DNA of 64,000 bases from Patescibacteria group bacterium UBA6201 (GCA_002422025.1 DISV01000005.1:51617-115616); one strand, 5' to 3'; shown: positions 38,223 to 47,336, counted from the first letter of the stretch. Translations and numbers: made by a program. Notes: a model not told the origin generated them from the sequence alone.

Positions 38223-38379
38223 AATCGCCAAAATGTGCGACCTTCTTGCTCGGCGTAATTTATTCTCCACGCACCGTATAGCCGATACGGCTTGGTCGTA
38301 TAAATTACGCCGAGCAGCGAATCTCATCCCATTTTGACAATTTTCTGATTTGCTGACCATACTGTAAGATAAATTTAAA

Positions 38380-39846
38380 ATGAACACTGAACTAAAAAAA
38401 GTTGTAACCCGTTTTGCTCCGTCTCCGACGGGGTTCTTACACATTGGGGGAGTAAGGACCGCTCTTTTTGCTTACTTGTACGCCAGAAAAATGGGAGGCA
38501 CTTTTATCTTGCGCATCGAAGATACTGATAAGCAGCGCGAGGTGGAAGGTTCAATTCAGCACATAATGGATTCATTGCGGTGGCTAAATATTGAGTGGGA
38601 CTACGGCCCAGACAAACCAGGGTCTTTTGGTTCTTGTATCCAGTCAGAGCGTCTAGACAGCTACCAAAAGTACGCCAAACAACTGATCGATAAGGGATTA
38701 GCATACCCTGACCCGTATACTAAGGAAGAAGTAGAAAAATTTCGTCAAGATGCTGAGGCGCAAAAAAAGCCATTCCTATTTCGTAATTACCGCCCAGAGA
38801 CTTTTGATGTGTGGGATGGGACACGGCCACTTAGGCTTAAGGTGCCAGAAGTCAAACGGTATGTGTGGCAAGACGCAGTGCGAGGTCAGCTTGAGGCCGG
38901 TGAAGAAATGCTCGACGATATTATCTTAATTAAATCAGATGGTTATCCGACTTATAACTTTGCGCACATTATCGACGACTTAGAAATGGGAGTGACTCAC
39001 ATCATGCGTGCGGATGAGTTCATTGCTAGTCAACCAAAGTTTCTATCTATCTATGATGCTCTAGAAATTCCATATCCAGTCTTCGTTTCACTGCCTCCGA
39101 TTCTGCGAGATGATCGCACGAAGAAGCTCGGTAAGCGCGATGGTGCGAAAGACATTTTGGATTATAAAGTGGAAGGGTTCTTGCCAGAAGCAATGTTTAA
39201 CTTTTTAGCACTGATAGGTTGGAATCCAGGTACTGAGCAAGAACTATTTACAAAAGAAGAATTGATTCAAGCCTTTGATTTAGAGCGTATCCAAAAGTCA
39301 GGTGGTGCTTTCAACGAAGAAAAACTCAAATGGCTCAATAAGGAACATCTAAATCTTTTGAGTACATCTGAGTATGAAAAACTAGTCAGAGCGGCTATTC
39401 CAAAGGCAGTGACGGAGTCTCCATCGTTTGATGAGAATCGTCTCGGAAAACTCATTCCAGTTATTCGCGAGCGCACTCATATAATGTCAGATGTGACGAC
39501 TGCTTTTGAAGCAGGGGAGTACAGCTTTGTTTTTACGGACCCAGATGTTTCCTTGGATACATTACGTTTTAAGAAAGACCCAGAGGTTGCTTCTGCTGCG
39601 CCTCGTCTCCAACATTTAACTGAACTGTTAACAAATGCTGACTTTTCTTCACCTGAAAGTATTAAGGCAGCGGTGTGGGATTATGCTTCAATGGAGGGCA
39701 GGGGAGAGGTGTTGTGGCCGATGCGGGTAGCTCTAACTGGCCTTGAACGTTCCCCAGATCCTTTCACCGTGGCCTACATTATTGGTCAAACTGACACTTT
39801 GCGACGACTCCAGACAGTCTATGATAAGATCGGTCACGTTATTTAG
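38380..39846 (+). CDS. gltX: Glutamyl-tRNA synthetase
   Basis: 488 aa. RFAPSPTGFLHIGGVRTALFAYLYAR (HIGH region) and KLGKRDG (KMSKS-like). Confidence 0.9.
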   Translation: MNTELKKVVTRFAPSPTGFLHIGGVRTALFAYLYARKMGGTFILRIEDTDKQREVEGSIQHIMDSLRWLNIEWDYGPDKPGSFGSCIQSERLDSYQKYAKQLIDKGLAYPDPYTKEEVEKFRQDAEAQKKPFLFRNYRPETFDVWDGTRPLRLKVPEVKRYVWQDAVRGQLEAGEEMLDDIILIKSDGYPTYNFAHIIDDLEMGVTHIMRADEFIASQPKFLSIYDALEIPYPVFVSLPPILRDDRTKKLGKRDGAKDILDYKVEGFLPEAMFNFLALIGWNPGTEQELFTKEELIQAFDLERIQKSGGAFNEEKLKWLNKEHLNLLSTSEYEKLVRAAIPKAVTESPSFDENRLGKLIPVIRERTHIMSDVTTAFEAGEYSFVFTDPDVSLDTLRFKKDPEVASAAPRLQHLTELLTNADFSSPESIKAAVWDYASMEGRGEVLWPMRVALTGLERSPDPFTVAYIIGQTDTLRRLQTVYDKIGHVI

Positions 39847-40193
39847 AGAGCTAAAGCTCTCTAAATAACGTGACCTCAGACTGACCCTTCTAGATAAAGA
39901 ATCGGCTCCGCCGATACATGCCTTTATGTTGCCTTACTCCACGAATAAAATTCGCTGAATGAGGCAACATCTAGTAAGAACACCCTCTAGGTCCATTGGC
40001 CTAGAGGGACCAGGTGTTCTTGCTAGCTAAGGAATTGCCCACCGGCAAGTTCATAATTTCATGTTACGAGCATACGGAGGCTGAGGCCTCCGTATGCTCG
40101 TAACATAGCTAGTAAAAACGTTTTTTTTGTTATTTTCTTAATTCTCAGCACAAAAAATTAGAGTAATTAATCAACATCTAGTAAAATAGTAGG

Positions 40194-41510
40194 GTGATAG
40201 TAGCCAAACCCCTCAAATATTTTGTAGCTTTTATAATCGGTGCTCTTATTTTGCCCGGGCTATTCTTTATGATGCCGACCGTCAATGCGCAAACTGAAAC
40301 TGAGCGCTTACAGGCAGAGATTAAGGAAAGAAACGCTAGGCTTTCAGAGATTGAAAAGGAGATTGCTGGTTACGAAGCTGAACTACAGAAAGTTGGTGCA
40401 GAAAAGAGTACTCTCCAGAGTGCCATCAATCAATTGGAATTAGAGCGGAAGAAAATCCAGGCTGATATTACTTACACTCAAAATAAAATAGACAATACTG
40501 ATCTTGAGATAAACAAATTGTCCTTGGAGATAGGTGATACTAGTGACAGTATTGGCAAGACTGCGGCAGCGGTAGGGGAGATTCTTCGTACAGTGGATCA
40601 AAATGATAGTGAGTCATTGATTGAACTTTTTCTTCGAAACGAGAATCTGTCTGAATTTTGGAATGAAGTCGCGAGCTTAGAGAGCGTGCGAACCGTAATG
40701 AATGACCGAGTCTATGAGTTGACTGTGCTCAAAAGTTCTCTCGAAGGGAAAGTGGGAGAAGAGACAATGAAGCGCAGCGAACTAATGTCTTTAAAAAACC
40801 AATATTCTGGGCAGCAAGAAATTTTGGATAGTAACCGTAGACAAAAGAGTGATCTCCTAACTGCCACTAAGAACGAAGAGGCAGAATATCAAAAGATTTT
40901 GAGTGATAAAAAGGCGGCTCGTGATAAGTTGATAAAAGAAGTTCAATCTATTGAGTCTGAGCTCCAGTTTATGTTGGATCCCAACTCTATTCCGGTTAAA
41001 GGCAGTTCCGTCTTTCAGTGGCCACTTGAAAACATTGTGATCACTCAGTACTTTGGTTACACCAAATTTGCTCTTCAGAACCAAGGTGTCTACAAAAACA
41101 ATATGCATAATGGAATTGACCTCGGTGCCCCGACCGGTACTAAGATCTTTGCGCCACTTGGTGGAACGGTACGCATGACCGCCAATACCGACTTGGTACC
41201 AGGTTGTTATTCTTGGGGACAATGGGCTTTGGTGGACCACCCAAATGGTCTTTCTACGCTCTATGCTCACATGAGCAACACTTCAGTCTCTCCCGGACAA
41301 AAATTGAATACAGGGGACCTGATTGGCTTTGTGGGAGCTACTGGCTATGCTACCGGCCCCCATCTTCACTTTACCGTTTACGCCAGTGCAGCGGTTGAAA
41401 TTAAGAGCTTCAATCAATTCAAGGCGGTTACAGGCTGTGGAGCAGCCCTTTCACCATTCTCTGCGGTCGAAGGTTATCTAAACCCTATAGACTACCTGCC
41501 AGCATCATAG
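40194..41510 (+). CDS. M23 family metallo-endopeptidase with N-terminal coiled coil (EnvC/LytM-like murein hydrolase)
   Basis: 438 aa. Signal/TM, ~230-aa coiled coil, then an M23 domain (HNGIDLGAPTGTKIFAPLGGTV...LYAHMSN...GPHLHFTVY). Confidence 0.8.
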   Translation: MIVAKPLKYFVAFIIGALILPGLFFMMPTVNAQTETERLQAEIKERNARLSEIEKEIAGYEAELQKVGAEKSTLQSAINQLELERKKIQADITYTQNKIDNTDLEINKLSLEIGDTSDSIGKTAAAVGEILRTVDQNDSESLIELFLRNENLSEFWNEVASLESVRTVMNDRVYELTVLKSSLEGKVGEETMKRSELMSLKNQYSGQQEILDSNRRQKSDLLTATKNEEAEYQKILSDKKAARDKLIKEVQSIESELQFMLDPNSIPVKGSSVFQWPLENIVITQYFGYTKFALQNQGVYKNNMHNGIDLGAPTGTKIFAPLGGTVRMTANTDLVPGCYSWGQWALVDHPNGLSTLYAHMSNTSVSPGQKLNTGDLIGFVGATGYATGPHLHFTVYASAAVEIKSFNQFKAVTGCGAALSPFSAVEGYLNPIDYLPAS

Positions 41511-41685
41511 AAAAACTGACTAATAGCCCCATTTTGCTTAGTTTGTAAGAAATACTCATCTTATACGTCATCGGACCAAGGTGAGTATATTTACGAAGTA
41601 TTAGTGGTATTAGTCTCACTTGGGGGCATTGGGGCCTAACATGCAACTCTGACAAGAGTTCACAAGAAACGAATAGGAAGCGGAA

Positions 41686-41865
41686 ATGAAAGATGATGTG
41701 GGGACACCAATCGTGAAATCTTCTAATGAGCCTGTTGCGGAAAATCACGACTCCATTCAACTTACAGTTTGGTCATACTTGGGTTTCTTTCTACTCTGTC
41801 TGGTCGTTCTTACGGTCGACAAATGGTATGGGCCAGTTTCAGGTTTGATCTACAGCCAATTCTAA
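41686..41865 (+). CDS. Candidate small membrane protein (59 aa), hypothetical
   Basis: MKDDVGTPIVKSSNEPVAENHDSIQLTVWSYLGFFLLCLVVLTVDKWYGPVSGLIYSQF. It is preceded by GGAAGCGGAAatg and followed 30 nt later by a GC hairpin plus TTTTATT (41895-41925). It is below the ORF-track size cutoff. Confidence 0.3.
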   Translation: MKDDVGTPIVKSSNEPVAENHDSIQLTVWSYLGFFLLCLVVLTVDKWYGPVSGLIYSQF

Positions 41866-42180
41866 ACTCGTCAACAGAACCACAGTGAAGCATCACGTCG
41901 GCCATTCGGGCCGGCGTTTTATTGTCGCTTCTCTAACATATCTGCATCCTTGGCTTCCAGATTAATTAATGTATCTACAAAAAGTTGTCCCACTTCATTA
42001 TTTAGGATACTTGATAAGGACACCCCTACTTCCACACCCTCATGAAGACAGGAGTAGGGAAGTCAGACACTTTTTCATTCTGAGATTTCCATTTTAAATT
42101 TTCATGGCTCCCCTACCGCTCAGCAGGGGAGAGGGCTGGCTACCCCACATCTGTTTAAAAATTTTTACAAACTGATTAAG

Positions 42181-42224
42181 AACATGCGCATAATTTTTTC
42201 AGAAGAAAAAATTATGCGCATGTT
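42181..42224. other. 44-bp perfect palindrome (20-bp arms) resembling the XerC-binding half of dif; candidate recombination site or strong stem-loop
   Basis: aacATGCGCATAATtttttc-agaa-gaaaaaATTATGCGCATgtt. The arm core TGCGCATAAT is identical to the XerC arm of E. coli dif (GGTGCGCATAAT). It lies 214 nt upstream of a Xer-family recombinase gene. Confidence 0.35.
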
Positions 42225-42437
42225 GGAGTAGGGGACATAAATTAAACAAAACTGAACAATCAAATCCAAATTAAGCACCTGTGGATAACTTTGCTGGCTG
42301 TGGTGTAATATTGCTAGTATTATTCTCTTTACGTACATTGTACGAATAATACAGTATTGATATTCCTACATATATTACTCACTTCCGGGCTCTGTGCCCT
42401 ACACTAACCTACTCTTATTTAAGTTAAAATTTAATGT

Positions 42438-43424
42438 ATGCGATTACGTAAGAGCGATGACCCGATCACTTACTATCTAGTCCCCTTTCTAGAATATTGT
42501 GAAATTGAAAAAGGCCTTTCTGATAATACTCAAAGAAATTACGAACAATACCTTAAGTTGTTCATACATTGGCTTAATGTCGCCAATTTGAATGATTTAA
42601 AGCCTCATGAGATAACCCCGGAGCATATTTGGGATTATCGACTGTTTTTATCACGCAAATACAAAAGTCGCCGTAATTTGCCCCTGTCCAAGAAATCTCA
42701 GAACTACTACTTAATAGCCCTACGCTCACTACTCGATTTTTTTGCCGAAAAGGACCTAGAGTCACTACCGTCAGCCAAAATTAAGCTTGCCAAACAAAAA
42801 GATGACCATACGGTCGCGTTCTTGGATGTTAATGACATAGAAAAGATGGTTAAGGTACCTAATGTCAGTAAGCCAGGTGGTTTACGCGACCGAGCCATTA
42901 TGGAATTATTTTTTTCGTCTGGTTTGCGTATCGCAGAGCTTTGCAAACTCGATCTTGATCAGATGTCGATGCTAAAAGATAATGATGAAACTCGTACGTA
43001 TGAGTTGTCAGTCGTTGGAAAAGGTCGGCATGTTCGCACAATATTTATCTCACCCCGAGCAGCTGGCTGGCTCCGTGAATACATAAAAACAAGACGTGAC
43101 GTCTGGAAGCCTCTTTTTATCAATTATCGAACCCGTCCAAATCCTAATGGTATTGAGACTGAAAGACGTCTCACTCCCCGTTCGATTCAAAGTATGATAG
43201 CTAAGTCGGCGATTATGGCCGGGTTATCAAAAAAAGTCACTCCACACACCCTTCGCCACACCTTTGCTACCGATCTTTTATCCCGTGGTGCTGACTTGCG
43301 TAGCGTCCAGGAGCTTTTAGGTCACCAAAACGTCTCCACGACTCAGATATATACTCACGTCACCAACAAACAGTTACGGGACATCCACGAGCGTTTCCAT
43401 GGTGGTAATGAGAATAAAAAATAA
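42438..43424 (+). CDS. xerC: Tyrosine site-specific recombinase, XerC/XerD family
   Basis: 328 aa. N-terminal SAM-like core-binding domain and C-terminal catalytic domain with R..HxxR..Y (LRHTFATDLLSRGADLRSVQELLGHQNVSTTQIYTHV). Confidence 0.8.
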   Translation: MRLRKSDDPITYYLVPFLEYCEIEKGLSDNTQRNYEQYLKLFIHWLNVANLNDLKPHEITPEHIWDYRLFLSRKYKSRRNLPLSKKSQNYYLIALRSLLDFFAEKDLESLPSAKIKLAKQKDDHTVAFLDVNDIEKMVKVPNVSKPGGLRDRAIMELFFSSGLRIAELCKLDLDQMSMLKDNDETRTYELSVVGKGRHVRTIFISPRAAGWLREYIKTRRDVWKPLFINYRTRPNPNGIETERRLTPRSIQSMIAKSAIMAGLSKKVTPHTLRHTFATDLLSRGADLRSVQELLGHQNVSTTQIYTHVTNKQLRDIHERFHGGNENKK

Positions 43425-43427
43425 AAT

Positions 43428-43457
43428 AAAAACTCCCTACGGGAGTTTTTATTTTGA
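43428..43457 (+). terminator. Rho-independent terminator after xerC
   Basis: aaaactccctacgggagtttttatttt. Confidence 0.75.
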
Positions 43458-43480
43458 ATTAAATTTAGTTAAGGACAGTA

Positions 43481-43594
43481 TTAGCCTTCGCAACTTACGC
43501 AAGTTGATTCACCGGCAAAATGAACGCGAGGTTTAGCGGATGCTCCGCCTTCAACTGCTGGTAAGTTAAAATCAAATTCGTTGTTGTTTTGCAT
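43481..43594 (-). CDS. Candidate 37-aa Cys-containing peptide, hypothetical
   Basis: MQNNNEFDFNLPAVEGGASAKPRVHFAGESTCVSCEG. It is downstream of the 295-aa secreted-protein gene and has no convincing SD. Very tentative. Confidence 0.2.
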   Translation of the reverse strand: MQNNNEFDFNLPAVEGGASAKPRVHFAGESTCVSCEG

Positions 43595-43833
43595 GTCTAC
43601 TATTTTAGCATTTTCACCCCAGACCTAGGTGTGCATAACTCATCTTCGGTAGCTGTGGCTCAAAATAAAGATTTATTTTACCTTCCTACCCTACCAAACT
43701 TGACTTATTAAACTTTCGTGTTATTAGCTTCAGGTCAGAAATTTACCGTATTAGAAAAACGCGGACCTTCGGCCCACGCTTTTCTTTGAGTCATAATTTC
43801 TATCGTTCTGTCGTACTAGTTAATAATTATTGT

Positions 43834-44721
43834 TTACGGAGTCATGGTCAAGCTTCTACGGATTTGGTCGAAGATAGCAATAAGGTCGTCACGATTAAAT
43901 TCAGTGACTGTTCCCTCTTCGTAGTTCTCTAGTACGGTGTAGTGGATGAAGTAGCGGACTGCGAGGCAAGGGTTACTGCCTGGGATAGCGTAGACCATCT
44001 CCTCGTAACGATTGCCTGCACCAGCGTCGCTAGTGGTAGCAAATGAATAGAGTTGTCCGTTGTCGGTCACTGTTGATGTGGCGGCACCTTCAGGTACGAA
44101 GAGCGAGGCCGAACAAGTGGTTATATCAGGCATGGTTTCAATCGCCACGAATGAGTCAGCGCTCAAGTTGGTTCCGGTAGCCATAGATTCAGGAATAGTG
44201 AATCTGACTCCTTCAATCTCTACCCCATCGCCGAGATCATTGTAGGTGTACTCTTCGTCCAAAATAAAATCATTTGGATACTGAACGGTTAGATTAAGTT
44301 CTGTGTCGGTAAATGTTTTTTGGTTGGCCACACCTGGGTTGTTGATGGCGAACTCGGCACTTCTTCGAGAACCAATAGTTAATACATAAGTGCCAGGATT
44401 AATAACCGCTGGTACTGTATAAGAGTATGAACCAGTGTTTGGCACATCATATACGCGATCAATCACACTAACTGAGGCTCCTTGAGATTCAAGACTTGTG
44501 TCTATTAAAAATATTTGGGTCTTTGTGTTTGAATCAAGGTTGGTCCAACGTAAAGTATAAGTTTCCCCAGCGGACAGTGTGTCGGCCGCTGTTGGGTAAG
44601 TAATTGCACCTGGGTCTTCATCAGCCTCCTTACTACTAAATGGTGGTAGGCCTAGGAAGGCCAACATAGCTACGATGACAATAATAACGGCTAAAACTGC
44701 TGCGGCGATTATAGGTTTCAT
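43834..44721 (-). CDS. Secreted/membrane-anchored hypothetical protein
   Basis: 295 aa. N-terminal hydrophobic anchor MKPIIAAAVLAVIIVIVAMLAFLGL, then a Thr/Ser-rich beta-type ectodomain. No recognisable family. Confidence 0.45.
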   Translation of the reverse strand: MKPIIAAAVLAVIIVIVAMLAFLGLPPFSSKEADEDPGAITYPTAADTLSAGETYTLRWTNLDSNTKTQIFLIDTSLESQGASVSVIDRVYDVPNTGSYSYTVPAVINPGTYVLTIGSRRSAEFAINNPGVANQKTFTDTELNLTVQYPNDFILDEEYTYNDLGDGVEIEGVRFTIPESMATGTNLSADSFVAIETMPDITTCSASLFVPEGAATSTVTDNGQLYSFATTSDAGAGNRYEEMVYAIPGSNPCLAVRYFIHYTVLENYEEGTVTEFNRDDLIAIFDQIRRSLTMTP

Positions 44722-44750
44722 ATATGGACTAAGGCTAGACTAACAATTTC

Positions 44751-45569
44751 TCAAAGCATTACCCCACCCAAGAGTTCTTGAATAATTTGATCATAGTCGG
44801 GACGGTGCAAAGTGAGCAAAATGGAGCGGGTACTTCCCTGTCCTAGGCGAGATTCGATTTCGGTGTGTTCTCTTATATAGTACGCAAGTTTATGAGGAAT
44901 AATTTCATCTTGAGAAAGAATTGTAAGGCTTTGGTTGAAGTGAGCACGAAGATCTTCTTTTAGTCTTGTGTAGTGGGTGCAGCCGAGGATGACAGTGTCG
45001 AAAGGATGTTTTGCTCTCTCATCCGTTATGGTCTCTATCGCTCTCTCCAGAGCCTCAGTACTATCTCCGCTTTCTATTAAAGGGACCAGTCTGGGTGTGG
45101 CGACTGAATAGAGTTTAATCTCGCGTGTTGAGCGATTATGAAGCTCCAGAGCGTACTTTCCTGACTCGACAGTACGCTTAGTGGCAATGAGGAGAGTATT
45201 AGTACTGCCTTGATCGATTACTGCTTCCACGGTCGGGATAACGACGCCAAGAATACGTCGGTCAGGATAATTGTCTTTAAGGAACCCGTCTTGAAGCCGA
45301 CGTAGTGTTTCAGAGGATGCAGTGTTGCAGGCAATAATGACGAGTAGACAACCTTTCTTGAATAGTTCCTCTACACCAGTCTTGGTGTAGGTAAATATTT
45401 CCTCCTCGGTCTTATCACCAAGCGGTAGGTTGGCCGTGTCGCCATAAAAAACATAGTCGTATTGTGGCAGTTCTTTAGTTACAGCTTTTAAAATAGTCAG
45501 GCCACCAAGACCAGAATCGAAGAAACCGATCTTTCCTTCCTTATGCACATCTAGAGTTCTGTCATTCAT
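44751..45569 (-). CDS. murI: Glutamate racemase
   Basis: 272 aa. IGFFDSGLGGLTIL, IACNTAS and GCTHY motifs. Confidence 0.85.
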   Translation of the reverse strand: MNDRTLDVHKEGKIGFFDSGLGGLTILKAVTKELPQYDYVFYGDTANLPLGDKTEEEIFTYTKTGVEELFKKGCLLVIIACNTASSETLRRLQDGFLKDNYPDRRILGVVIPTVEAVIDQGSTNTLLIATKRTVESGKYALELHNRSTREIKLYSVATPRLVPLIESGDSTEALERAIETITDERAKHPFDTVILGCTHYTRLKEDLRAHFNQSLTILSQDEIIPHKLAYYIREHTEIESRLGQGSTRSILLTLHRPDYDQIIQELLGGVML

Positions 45570-45656
45570 AAATACAGTATAATAGGTTTAGAAGTAGCAT
45601 TATAAACACGGCTATGTTAATTAACTAGCTGCCTAACTAAAAGGTTTAAATTTATT

Positions 45657-46046
45657 ATGGACTTTATAGACAAAATTCTACGTGCCCACGGTGCAATGGT
45701 GGGTCGGATGCTTATCGGTTTACTATTCGTGTTTTCAGGAATAGGAATCGTGTTGAATGGAGTGGATGGATTTGTGGCGATGATAGAGACCCGTGGTTTA
45801 CCGATGGCTTCCCTACTCGCTTGGGTAGTGGTTCTTATAAAAATCGTTGCCGGTGGCGCACTAATGTTGGGTTACAAGACCAAGGAGGCTACTTTAGCAC
45901 TCTTGGTTTTCACTATTCTTGCAACCGTCCTCTACCATATGAATTTGGACGATATTAACTTGTTTAAGAACTTGGCAATTGTGGGTGGGTTGTTGTATGT
46001 GTATATCTATGGCCCAGGACCAGGCTGGAAATTAAAGACTTCCTAA
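45657..46046 (+). CDS. DoxX family membrane protein
   Basis: 129 aa, 4 TM. GRMLIGLLFVFSGIGIV pattern typical of DoxX. Confidence 0.6.
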   Translation: MDFIDKILRAHGAMVGRMLIGLLFVFSGIGIVLNGVDGFVAMIETRGLPMASLLAWVVVLIKIVAGGALMLGYKTKEATLALLVFTILATVLYHMNLDDINLFKNLAIVGGLLYVYIYGPGPGWKLKTS

Positions 46047-46201
46047 AAAACTTTCTTAAAATCGGCACATACGCACCAGTTTCAGAATTTTCCTCGGTCG
46101 TCGTAGATGGACCTACGCTTCTCTCGTAAAATTCTTCCAACTGGCACGTCTGCACACGATTTGAAAAAAGTCTGGACGAGAAGAAAATTGTACACCATAA
46201 A

Positions 46202-46233
46202 CAAAAGGCCGCCCTTACGGGCGGCCTTTTGTT
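46202..46233. terminator. Bidirectional rho-independent terminator
   Basis: aaaaggccgcccttacgggcggccttttgttt between convergent genes. Confidence 0.8.
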
Positions 46234-46241
46234 TATGGTGT

Positions 46242-46508
46242 TTAACCATTGTATGCGACAGTATTTCCCCAGCAAGACCGGGAAGCATTCCATGGCTGTG
46301 TACCCTGCTTCTCATAGAGAATTCGGGCATAAGCTAGGTTGTCGTGTATGTTTTCAAGATCGAGACCAAGCTTTAAAGCTGTGGACTCGTGATAGCGTTT
46401 ATTGATTTGCATTACGCCGGTGTCGGCGGAATCAACTTTTCCTCTTAGGACTGATCCATCAGATAGGTCGTGGCGGAACATTGATTCACAACGTGCTACC
46501 TGGACCAT
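46242..46508 (-). CDS. Transglycosylase-like (SLT/Rpf-type lysozyme-like) domain protein; start uncertain
   Basis: 88 aa from the first ATG. VARCESMF....GVMQIN...H...ALKLGLD fits the catalytic CES...G(L/V)(M/F)QI core of transglycosylase-like domains. The frame is open for 60 more codons upstream (to 46688) and encodes a signal-like segment LGLILSTFLTAVIAVSGAAS, but that extension has no ATG/GTG/TTG. Confidence 0.45.
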   Translation of the reverse strand: MVQVARCESMFRHDLSDGSVLRGKVDSADTGVMQINKRYHESTALKLGLDLENIHDNLAYARILYEKQGTQPWNASRSCWGNTVAYNG

Positions 46509-47001
46509 GACTGGAATGTCCTTAAAGTACTCGCGGACGATACCTTCGGTATCGGAAATGGCTACTTTCTCCGCTACAACCGTCTCTTCGGTAATCTGGC
46601 CATAAGCAATCGGTGTTGTACTGATCGAAGCTGCTCCAGAGACCGCAATGACGGCCGTCAGAAATGTGGATAAAATAAGCCCGAGGTCTTAGTTTTTAAT
46701 AGCCCGCGCAAAGGGCTGAAAATTGCGAATTACTTTGTCGAACTTCGCGAAGTATGGCTCACTGTACACTTGTACCATTCGCCATACTTCACTTTGTTCT
46801 CCTTGTACTTCATCAATTTTCAGCCCTTTGAACTTTTGAAGGCCTGGCCACGAGAGTTTTAAGGCTCCGTACCAAAAAAACAGCCGTAGCTGTTTACCCG
46901 CATACAATAGCATAAAATGCACCCAAAATCAAATTATGCAACGAGTTACATTTTTGTAAATAGTAAAAAACCCTTATTTTGAGCCATTTATATAATATAA
47001 G

Positions 47002-47029
47002 AGGGTGCGGGTAGACAGGCCCGCACCCT
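47002..47029. terminator. Hairpin terminator downstream of the 67-aa gene
   Basis: agggtgcggg-tagacagg-cccgcaccct flanked by AT-rich runs. Confidence 0.55.
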
Positions 47030-47086
47030 ATTTGTTGCCCTCAAACCACTAGACACAATGAGATCATTACCCGGAACTCTTTCGAC

Positions 47087-47290
47087 TCATCCGCGAGTCT
47101 CTTCGGGTGGACAATCTGGCGTATGGTGTGTTTTTAGGGTTTGAAACCGGCGGAAAGACCCATTTCGTAGTGTCTGTACCGTCATTTCATATTGATCGCC
47201 AGGAAAAATGAAGCCACTGCAGTGGTCACAGATATGCACCATATGAGCATATCTAACTTCTTGACGAAGTGTTCGATAACTATAGGCCAT
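47087..47290 (-). CDS. Small Cys/His-rich protein, hypothetical (possible zinc-binding)
   Basis: 67 aa. HICDHCSGF...HHTPDCPPEE. It is co-directional and downstream of the ROK kinase gene, and is followed by a hairpin. Confidence 0.4.
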   Translation of the reverse strand: MAYSYRTLRQEVRYAHMVHICDHCSGFIFPGDQYEMTVQTLRNGSFRRFQTLKTHHTPDCPPEETRG

Positions 47291-47336
47291 GTTTCACCTC
47301 CTCTGGCTATCCTAGCACAAATCTATAGTTTGGACT

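Noticed and set aside
38211-38444. 77-aa minus-strand ORF spanning the murG-gltX spacer.
   Set aside because: It overlaps the ends of both well-supported genes and the large stem-loop. It has no start context.
39867-40193. Considered RNase P RNA, SRP RNA, tmRNA or 6S RNA for the hairpin-rich spacer.
   Set aside because: None of the universally conserved motifs is present (RNase P P4 GGAAAGTCCGG..., SRP domain IV AGGTCAGG..GGAAGCAGCC, tmRNA tRNA-like 3' end). It is left as an unclassified structured region.
46692-46922. 77-aa ORF as an independent gene.
   Set aside because: It has a GTG start, no recognisable motif and odd composition. It is more likely part of the interrupted transglycosylase story or non-coding, so it is kept as a finding rather than a feature.
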